From: a virus
Lineage: Duplodnaviria; Caudoviricetes
Virus record (IMG/VR): IMGVR_UViG_3300032218_000671
Coordinates: 1 to 31,643 of that record
DNA: 31,643 bases
Direction: 5' to 3' (one strand)
Part shown: piece by piece, positions 24,587 through 31,643 of the stretch
Numbering within the stretch: position 1 is the stretch's first letter
Layout of the letters: every line of letters begins with the position of its first letter
The notes under the pieces: model-generated
The model's database searches: none
Told to the model about the DNA's origin: nothing
Seen by the model: the letters and a program-made list of their open reading frames with translations, nothing else
Translations under genes and position numbers: made by a program

Positions 24587-25930
24587 TTAGTAGCCAGAAG
24601 GTGCAACAGTACCTGTGCCAGAAATTGCTGACACTGACTTGTTGAAGCGGTGTGCGAGAGCTGCGTAGCCATAGACCTGGAAGCGAACTGTGAGGTTGCT
24701 TGAAAGGACATCTGGAAGAACGCGTGTCTTCACGCCTGATTCGAAGAGGTAAGAATCTGAGAACTTACCAACGAGGATTGGAGACTGGTTTGTTGCATAG
24801 GTCTTTGGAAGTGTTGCATCAATGAAGACTGGAACACCTTGAATTGTACCTACGAGACCAGCTGGTGCGCCAGGATTTGTGACTGTACCTGATGCGTTGA
24901 ATGCCTGTGATGCTCCTGTTACTGGAACAACGAGAGGGCGGTTTGATCCGTCAACCTGTGATGCGAACCAGTACCACATTGAAGGATGCATGACGATTGC
25001 TTCAGCAGCCTTGAATCGGTTGGTTGTTACCTTTGAAATACCCTTTGCAATTGCAATGAGTCCGTTGACAGCAGATGGAGTTGTTTCAGTCCATGTTGTT
25101 GGGATGCCGTTTGTTGTATCAGCGCCAAGAGTGATGAGACCCTTGAGAGTTCCTGATGTTCCATCTCCTGCACCGACAACAGCTGTGTTCAACTGTAGTG
25201 CGTAGTCAGCCATCAAGTCACCGAAGACAAGACGATCAAGACCACCAGCGAGAGGTGATTGTTCAACAAGTTGGATTGAGACATTCTCATAGCCAGAAAT
25301 TGTGCGAACAGGTGCTGTAACAGTTGATGAAACCATGTCACGAGTTGTTGTTGCAGTGTTATCAGCTGACTGGAACGCTGCAAGTGTACCTGTTGTAATC
25401 TGTGGAATGTTGATTGAGTCTGTTCCTGCTGGAAGAGCCATGTTTGTAACGAGATCAGCTGTTACGCGAGCAGCACGAGCGAACTCTGCATATTCGTTGA
25501 TCAAGTAAATTGGTGGAACGAAATCTCCACCAGCACCGTCAGTGCGTGAGATGTCGCGTGATTCGATTGCGACTTCCTGTGCGTGGCGGTTGAGGCGTTC
25601 CCATGAATTGCGGTCATTGCGAAGCTGTGCGCCAATCATGTCGCGAACGAAAGAGTTGCGACCATTCTTGTCGTATGTCATTTCTTCGCGTGTAATTGTT
25701 GCGACACCGAATGTTGCAACCTTTGATTCCTTGCGAGATTCTGCGATTGCTGCTGTGCGAGCTTCTACCTTGTCGGCAGTTGCAATGCGCTCATCAAGTG
25801 CAGCGATTTCTTCCTGCTTTGATGATGCAGCATCAAGAGCTTCTGCGGTTACATCTTCAGCTGCCAAAGTTGTTTCAACCTCGGCAACAAGTGCATCGCG
25901 CTGCTCCTTGAGTTTTGTTGCTAGAGACAT
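24587..25930 (-). CDS. Major capsid protein, HK97 fold with delta domain
   Basis: About 125-aa coiled-coil N-terminus, GG.FVP, S.QL.EQS, G.G....LKG, VMHP..W, DG.NRP and G.I.G.PV motifs. Confidence 0.95.
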   Translation of the reverse strand: MSLATKLKEQRDALVAEVETTLAAEDVTAEALDAASSKQEEIAALDERIATADKVEARTAAIAESRKESKVATFGVATITREEMTYDKNGRNSFVRDMIGAQLRNDRNSWERLNRHAQEVAIESRDISRTDGAGGDFVPPIYLINEYAEFARAARVTADLVTNMALPAGTDSINIPQITTGTLAAFQSADNTATTTRDMVSSTVTAPVRTISGYENVSIQLVEQSPLAGGLDRLVFGDLMADYALQLNTAVVGAGDGTSGTLKGLITLGADTTNGIPTTWTETTPSAVNGLIAIAKGISKVTTNRFKAAEAIVMHPSMWYWFASQVDGSNRPLVVPVTGASQAFNASGTVTNPGAPAGLVGTIQGVPVFIDATLPKTYATNQSPILVGKFSDSYLFESGVKTRVLPDVLSSNLTVRFQVYGYAALAHRFNKSVSAISGTGTVAPSGY

Positions 25931-25989
25931 TTATTGTCCCTTTCTCTTGGATGGATGTTTGGAACCAGTCGGGGCGAATGCGCCGAGGG

Positions 25990-28200
25990 TTATACCTTGC
26001 TCTTACGAGTCAAGGAATAGTGCTTGACCTTGAGTTGCAGCTTGCGCTTGGCAAGGTCGAGGTCTTGTTCTTCTACTGAACGCATTCCGACTGATGTGCT
26101 GTCGTAAGCGGGAAGTGTGACAACGCTGACTTCATAGAGTCGTTCGATGTCTGTGAGAGTACGAAGACCCGCATCCTTAGTCTGTCCATCTGGAGAGACT
26201 GTGAATGCGAAACTCATCTTGTCCATATCGCCTCGGCGAAGTGCTGAGGAAAGTTCTTGAGCCTTTGGATTTGCTGAATCGAGTGTTGCTTCCATATAGA
26301 GACCAGTTGAGTCCTGGCGAAGTTGCAAGGTTCCTGACTGGGTTGAAGCAAGCGGAATTCCTTCCATATCGTGATTGACAAGAAGGAAGACTGGATCCTG
26401 TGAAGCAAGTGCGCGAGTGAAGGCTCCTGGAGCAATTACTTCGCGGAAGTTCAAGCCAGTTGCTTCTGCGTTGAATGTTGCAGCGTAGCCACCAATCTTG
26501 AGTGAGCCATCCTTTGTGTCAACGGCGCGGACTTCAGCAGTCATTGTGATGCGTTCTGCTGTTGCCATTGCCTTGCGAGCTTCAATCATTGATGAATCCT
26601 CCGAGCGTGGTGATGGAAGGGCTGTGATTACTGTGAGAATGTCTGGACGATGAACTGTTGTGACATCGGTTGGAACCCAACCATTTCCCTGCTCTTTGTA
26701 AATTCTGATAATAAATGCAGGGTGATCTGGGGTTGCTTCAATTGTATATCCCTCAGATGACTTTGCTTGTCCCTTGGTTGCGACCTTTTCAACTTTGCCT
26801 TTTGCGCGACCATTAGAAGTGTTCCAAGATACGAATGAACCTTCGCCAATTCGAGCAGCTGAAGCGCGGTTCTCAAATGGAGCCTTGATTGAATCGTCAT
26901 TGAATTCTTTTGCCATGCGTGAGTAGTAAGCGCTCACCTTGTCTTTGATTTCCATTGCATCTGAAGTTGGAATGTCTGCTCCACCACGAGCGCCATTCAA
27001 GACACCAGCGACAGCGAAGATTCCCTTTGGAACTGCAACGAGTGAACCATCGATGACATCAGCAAATCCGAGTTTGTAAGATCCGAGAAGTTCTTTGTTG
27101 GTTTCGTCAACATAGAAGAAGGCTTTTGCGTACTTCGCCCAATCCATGTTGTCTTTTCCTCCAGCGTAATCCTGAACACGCTTGTCAGCTGCTGCTGCAT
27201 CCCAAGTTGTATCTCGTGGGGCGATTGACAAGTCTGAAGCGCCAGAAGCAGAGCGAGGCATAATTGGCATTGGAGCGAGACCTTGCTCTGACAACATATC
27301 ATCGACCTGATCATAAGGCTGTTCATCATCTTCATCGATGCCTTGAGCATTGACTGGATCTGGTGAAGGCTGTGTGACTTCCTGACCTAGTGAAGCGGTC
27401 AACTGCCACTTCCAGAATTGGTGCTTGTCCAAGCGGTCTGCAAGGAAGTTTGCAATGCCTTGCTGTCCGTACATTGTCGCGCAATCGAAAGCATCTGAGA
27501 TTTCGTCAATCACGATGTCATTTGCTGCGAGAAGGTCTGAAGCCAAAGCCATTGGATCCTGCATGATTGCTGGAGCATCTTCGATTGAGCGAAGTGCAAT
27601 CAGCGAAGGCAAGGTGAATGGCGCAAGAGAACCGAGCTTGCGAAGGTTCTCGGCAATCGGATCGATTGAGCCATAGACATCTTCATAAATTTCATTGAAA
27701 AGTTTGTGATACTCGCTGAAGTCGCTTCCCTTGACATTCCAGTGAGCGCCATGTGCGCGGAAGTAGAAGCTCACAACATCTGCGAGAAGTTCAGTCAGTT
27801 CCTCATTCAGATCAGGAACTTGATTCATGTCAGCCATGTCATCCTCCGATGCCATCATTGAAAGCGCTCTTGCGCTCTTCGAGATTTGATTTCTGATTCG
27901 TGTTGACCAAGTGAAGCCAGCATCGCCACCCCAGGCTGACCATGCAACTCTTCCTGCGGATGGAAAACCATCTTCGCCAGAGTTGAATCCTTCTGCTTGC
28001 TTGTCCACTTCATGTCGCTTGAAGAATGAATACATTCTCAAGATTGTTTCAGCGCTTACTGGGTGTCCCGCAGCCAAGTCGCTCGCTCTCTTTTTGCCCA
28101 CAGCTGTGAAGCCACCACCAGCATGACCATCAGCGATCCAAGCCAAAGCCTTCTTCGCTTCATCTTGAACTCCTTGCGGTACTCGAAAAGTCTCAGCCAT
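25990..28200 (-). CDS. Multidomain HK97-type prohead protease with an internal Dps/ferritin-like domain
   Basis: C-terminal GYAATFN, E.IAPGAF, NHD (H610), MSFAF (S663) and LYEVSVVTLPAY. Residues ~130-271 carry the Dps signature HWNVKG..F..YH.LF...D.IAE. Lies between portal and capsid. Confidence 0.92.
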   Translation of the reverse strand: MAETFRVPQGVQDEAKKALAWIADGHAGGGFTAVGKKRASDLAAGHPVSAETILRMYSFFKRHEVDKQAEGFNSGEDGFPSAGRVAWSAWGGDAGFTWSTRIRNQISKSARALSMMASEDDMADMNQVPDLNEELTELLADVVSFYFRAHGAHWNVKGSDFSEYHKLFNEIYEDVYGSIDPIAENLRKLGSLAPFTLPSLIALRSIEDAPAIMQDPMALASDLLAANDIVIDEISDAFDCATMYGQQGIANFLADRLDKHQFWKWQLTASLGQEVTQPSPDPVNAQGIDEDDEQPYDQVDDMLSEQGLAPMPIMPRSASGASDLSIAPRDTTWDAAAADKRVQDYAGGKDNMDWAKYAKAFFYVDETNKELLGSYKLGFADVIDGSLVAVPKGIFAVAGVLNGARGGADIPTSDAMEIKDKVSAYYSRMAKEFNDDSIKAPFENRASAARIGEGSFVSWNTSNGRAKGKVEKVATKGQAKSSEGYTIEATPDHPAFIIRIYKEQGNGWVPTDVTTVHRPDILTVITALPSPRSEDSSMIEARKAMATAERITMTAEVRAVDTKDGSLKIGGYAATFNAEATGLNFREVIAPGAFTRALASQDPVFLLVNHDMEGIPLASTQSGTLQLRQDSTGLYMEATLDSANPKAQELSSALRRGDMDKMSFAFTVSPDGQTKDAGLRTLTDIERLYEVSVVTLPAYDSTSVGMRSVEEQDLDLAKRKLQLKVKHYSLTRKSKV

Positions 28201-29429
28201 TATTCAAGGACTCCCATCACTGGCGCTGATGGATCTGCATCTTCTCCGAGAGAAGGATTCTGACCACCTGCTGTCACATTGCCAGCGAGTGCCTGATTGA
28301 ATGAATCGCCACCTTCGAATGGCTCCAAGCCTTCGATTTGGCGAACTTCGTTTGGTGTGCGAGCGCCCATTGACACATTGATCATGTTCACGCGAGCGCG
28401 AGTGATTGCATCTGTGCGAAGAAGTGCTGAAGTATCAAATGCAACATCATCACCTGGGTCAAGAATGTTTGACAATGCAATTTCGATTCGGCGAATCCAA
28501 GGTGCGATTGTGTGAGTCAAGAAGTTGATTGATGCTTGCTCGACATTCTGATATGTCTGTCCATCTCCCATTGCACCAATGAGGTGATCTGGAATGCGGA
28601 AAATTCGAGCGATGTCGCGAATCAATTGCTCGCGAGTCTTGATCATCTCAGCATCTGCTGCTGAAGTTGTGATTGGTCGGAACTTGAGACCATCTGAAAG
28701 AACTGCTGGCTTGCGATGTCTGCGATGGGTTGCTTCCCATGTTGCCTGAATAACGCGAGCCTGTTCCAAGTTCAGCTTCTGATCTGTTTCAAGAATGCCT
28801 GAAGGCGTTCCACCCTCACCATAGAACTGCGCAAGATGGCGATCCATAGCAATGGAAAGACCAATCAAGTTGCGAGCCTGGTTCAGTGGGCTGATACCCA
28901 CTAACGATTGAGGTGGGGTGAACCAGCGAAGGTGAAGAATATCTTCGCGATTCATTTCGTTTCCGAGGTGCAAATATCTGCGACCTGTCATGTCACCAGT
29001 TGGAAGCACCTGCATCTGATAAGGGTGCAAAGGTACGAGACCAATCATGTTTCCCATGCGGTCTCTGTCGATTTTGACATAAGCATTTCCATGCAAAGCC
29101 ATTGAAGCGACAATCTGATGAATCAATTCGTATGTGTTCGACTCTGGATCTGGATCTGCGAGAACATCTGGAAGGTCGCGCATGACTCGCTTGCCAGCCT
29201 TGTCGATTGCGTAGCAACGAAGAGGCATTGAAGCAACTGAGTCTGCTAGAAGTGAGACAGCGCCAAGAACTGAAGAGACTCCAAGAGCAGTCCATTCATC
29301 GATGCGCTCGCCAGCAGCTGAAGTCATTGATGTCTGACCATAGAGCTGACTCAATGGTGAAACATAGTTGTTGAATTGTGGGTAGCGACCTACTGTGAAA
29401 GATTGAATCCCGCGACTGAAGATGCTCAC
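28200..29429 (-). CDS. Portal protein (HK97 family)
   Basis: ASMPL, LHGNAY, ILHLR, GISP, G.PSGIL, IARIFRIP, NVEQ and TPNEVR..EGLEP..GGD motifs. Confidence 0.95.
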   Translation of the reverse strand: MSIFSRGIQSFTVGRYPQFNNYVSPLSQLYGQTSMTSAAGERIDEWTALGVSSVLGAVSLLADSVASMPLRCYAIDKAGKRVMRDLPDVLADPDPESNTYELIHQIVASMALHGNAYVKIDRDRMGNMIGLVPLHPYQMQVLPTGDMTGRRYLHLGNEMNREDILHLRWFTPPQSLVGISPLNQARNLIGLSIAMDRHLAQFYGEGGTPSGILETDQKLNLEQARVIQATWEATHRRHRKPAVLSDGLKFRPITTSAADAEMIKTREQLIRDIARIFRIPDHLIGAMGDGQTYQNVEQASINFLTHTIAPWIRRIEIALSNILDPGDDVAFDTSALLRTDAITRARVNMINVSMGARTPNEVRQIEGLEPFEGGDSFNQALAGNVTAGGQNPSLGEDADPSAPVMGVLE

Positions 29430-29581
29430 TTATTGCCTCCAAAGTCTGCCAAGATAGAACCGACAACGATCAAGATGCCTCCAGAGATTAGAGCTGCACC
29501 AAGTCCAAAGATGAAACCGAGACCAACAGAAATCATGGTTGCGCCAATCGCTTCTGTGATTGTCGTGATGTAATCACGCAT
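29426..29581 (-). CDS. Small two-TM protein between terL and portal
   Basis: Hydrophobic 51-aa ORF in a position common for cos-type siphoviruses. Confidence 0.7.
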   Translation of the reverse strand: MRDYITTITEAIGATMISVGLGFIFGLGAALISGGILIVVGSILADFGGNK

Positions 29582-31118
29582 CTGGAACCTCCATTGAGAA
29601 CGGGTCGAAAATTTGTGGCAAAGCGCCACCCTGAGACTGCCACCAACTTGCGCGTTCGAGAGCCATCACAGATGAAACTGCAAGGTCGATTCGGCGCTTT
29701 GAGCCTTTTGCTTCCTTGGCAAGTCTTGATCCGCGATTGTCTGTGCGAAGTTGTGCATTTCCAATATGTCTTGCAAGGCGAGCATCGCCATTGTGAGTCA
29801 GTGTCTTATTGATTACTGCCTCGAAGAAGCGAGTGGTGGCTGGAGTCATGCGAGATGCTGTTTGTGGGAAGGTAACAACAGGCAAGCCTTCGTCATCGAG
29901 AACCTGAAATGTTCGCGCCCATCTGTAAGGGTCGCAAGCGATTTCAAGAACTTGCCATCGAGTAGAGGCAGCGCGAATGGCATCCTCAACTTCAAGCACT
30001 GGGATCTGCCAACTCGCATCAGCCTCATCGGGCTTCTCCCACACTGCCACTGGCATGATGTGAGGAACTTCCTCAACCGAGACTGCGACAATCGCTGTGC
30101 AGTCACCATTGAATGAGCCGTCAAAGCCGAGGACAACATCTACGCCATCAGGAATCTCGCGAGGATCACTGAGGGCATCCCAACTTCCGTGAGGAAGCCA
30201 AGTGTCAGATGTTGATGTCCAGATATTCAAGCGCTTTGTCTTGAATTCCGCTTCTGGGGTTCGAAGTATTGCTGAGGCAAAGTCATCAGCTGCAACGATG
30301 TCATCGAAGCCAGGATTGGCTTCACGCCAAGCGCTGACATCTCGATAGTCTCCGTCATTGTTTGCTTCCCACCAAGCAAAGAAGAATGTTGGATCATCAA
30401 CTTCGCCAAGTGAAACTCTTTTGCCGTACTCATAGAGATTGAAACAGATTGAATCTCTTCCGCTGTTGTCAGACTTGACTCCAGCAGTTGTGATTGCAAC
30501 CAACATTGGTTCGATGCGAGCGCCCATTGCGAGTGACATAACATCGAAGAGTTCGCGATTGGGTTGCGCGTGTAATTCATCGAAGCAGACAAGCGTTGGG
30601 TTCAGACCTTCTTTGGAGAAGGCATCGGAAGAGAGAGCGCGATAGACAGAGCCTGTCTTCGGATTGTGAATCGTGTCTTTGTACACAGTCAAGAGTTCGG
30701 AAAGTTCAGGATGAAGCCTGACCATCTCCTTGGCTGTATTGAACACAATCTTCGCCTGTTCCTTTTCAGCTGCGCATGAATAGATTTCTCCACCTTGCGC
30801 ACCGAGAACAAGAGACTCAAGTGCAACTGCCGAAAGCCAAGCAGACTTTCCATTCTTGCGAGGAAGACCAACCAAGCCGATGCGATGTCTGAAAGTTCCA
30901 TCAGCCTTGACTGCGAAAAGTTGTTTGGTGAGTTCGCGTTGCCAAGGTCTGAAGACTAGATCCTCGCCAGCATGACCTGCGATGGAATCCTTTGTGATTT
31001 TGCAAAGAGCTTCGGCAAAGTCTGCAATGTCATCTCCGCGAGAACGCTTGAGATCCACATCTGGAACTTTGGTCAACCACCGAGGTGGAAAGCCATCAAT
31101 CTTTTTCTTCCCTGCCAT
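29574..31118 (-). CDS. terL: Terminase large subunit
   Basis: PWQ, LPRKNGKS (Walker A), VCFDELH (Walker B), ITTAG, ANP, LGFDGS and RIDLAVS motifs. Confidence 0.96.
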   Translation of the reverse strand: MAGKKKIDGFPPRWLTKVPDVDLKRSRGDDIADFAEALCKITKDSIAGHAGEDLVFRPWQRELTKQLFAVKADGTFRHRIGLVGLPRKNGKSAWLSAVALESLVLGAQGGEIYSCAAEKEQAKIVFNTAKEMVRLHPELSELLTVYKDTIHNPKTGSVYRALSSDAFSKEGLNPTLVCFDELHAQPNRELFDVMSLAMGARIEPMLVAITTAGVKSDNSGRDSICFNLYEYGKRVSLGEVDDPTFFFAWWEANNDGDYRDVSAWREANPGFDDIVAADDFASAILRTPEAEFKTKRLNIWTSTSDTWLPHGSWDALSDPREIPDGVDVVLGFDGSFNGDCTAIVAVSVEEVPHIMPVAVWEKPDEADASWQIPVLEVEDAIRAASTRWQVLEIACDPYRWARTFQVLDDEGLPVVTFPQTASRMTPATTRFFEAVINKTLTHNGDARLARHIGNAQLRTDNRGSRLAKEAKGSKRRIDLAVSSVMALERASWWQSQGGALPQIFDPFSMEVPDA

Positions 31119-31136
31119 CTCGCCCCCTGGCTGAAA

Positions 31137-31586
31137 TTATTTTCTCGACTCTCGCTTCGCCAGTAGCTTGTCGATGGCGCTGATTGCCTTCACTTCGGCA
31201 ACGCCAAGTCGAGATCGAGAAGTTGGGTCAAAGCCAAGTGAGGAAAGTGAATCAACGAATGCTTTATTCAAGTGTACGAGCAAGCGACCATCGTTGGGTT
31301 CGAGGGTTGCTCGGTACTTCTTGCGAGCCAGCGAAAGGTCATCGGCGAGACGAGCTGCATTCTCAATGGCTCGGAAATCACTCTGGGGTGAGAGCCAAGT
31401 GATTGCAGCAGCCCAAGCCTGGTTCCAAAGAGCCAAGCCATCCTCGCCAAGCAATGCTGGCGGTTCTGGAATGTGATGAGCCATCGGCAAAGTTGTGATC
31501 ACAGCGAGTTCAGGCATCTTGCGCTTGCCTGGATTGCCTGTGATGCGCTTCAACTCGGCTGGCTTGGGTGGTCTTCCAGCTGCCAT
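31137..31586 (-). CDS. terS: Terminase small subunit (P27 family)
   Basis: GRPPKP...GNPGKR...PP..L...W...LGFDPTSRSRL; immediately upstream of terL. Confidence 0.9.
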   Translation of the reverse strand: MAAGRPPKPAELKRITGNPGKRKMPELAVITTLPMAHHIPEPPALLGEDGLALWNQAWAAAITWLSPQSDFRAIENAARLADDLSLARKKYRATLEPNDGRLLVHLNKAFVDSLSSLGFDPTSRSRLGVAEVKAISAIDKLLAKRESRK

Positions 31587-31643
31587 GCGCTAAACCTCCA
31601 GGTTCCAGCCTAACTTGTAATTTCGCGGGCGTAGATAAAAGAC

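Noticed and set aside
24587-28200. Encapsulin operon (ferritin-like cargo plus HK97 shell)
   Set aside because: Portal, terminases, a delta domain and a full tail module show this is a true phage head.

Overview
The window is an apparently near-complete (~31.6 kb) tailed dsDNA phage genome of siphovirus type with an HK97-fold head. Every credible gene lies on the minus strand. Read from the right end: terS, terL, portal, a 736-aa multidomain prohead protease, major capsid, a glycosyltransferase, head-tail and tail genes (with a -1 frameshifted tail chaperone), tape measure, tail and fibre genes, a lysis region (CHAP amidase, holin-like proteins, a Pro-rich surface protein), glycosyltransferase plus epimerase, and a strong terminator. 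After it comes an early/replication block (Holliday junction resolvase, WhiB, lytic transglycosylase, Cas4/RecB-like nuclease, SSB-like protein, primase-polymerase/helicase, iteron-like repeats), then a proteasome-beta-like protease and an HNH nuclease. WhiB points to an actinobacterial host. The roughly balanced GC content (judged by eye) suggests low-GC freshwater Actinobacteria, which is an inference. No integrase, repressor or replicative DNA polymerase was recognised. Top candidate for a new system: the prohead protease is a five-domain polyprotein carrying an intact Dps (mini-ferritin) domain and three other domains, separated by Arg-Ser/Ala junctions that resemble maturation sites, so it may be a self-processing cargo loader for the capsid. 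Other notable items are a two-domain tRNA-like structured RNA at 5136-5265, a possible virion glycosylation kit, and apparent avoidance of GGCC, CCGG, ACGT and TTAA. All assignments come from motif recognition by eye; no database searches were run.
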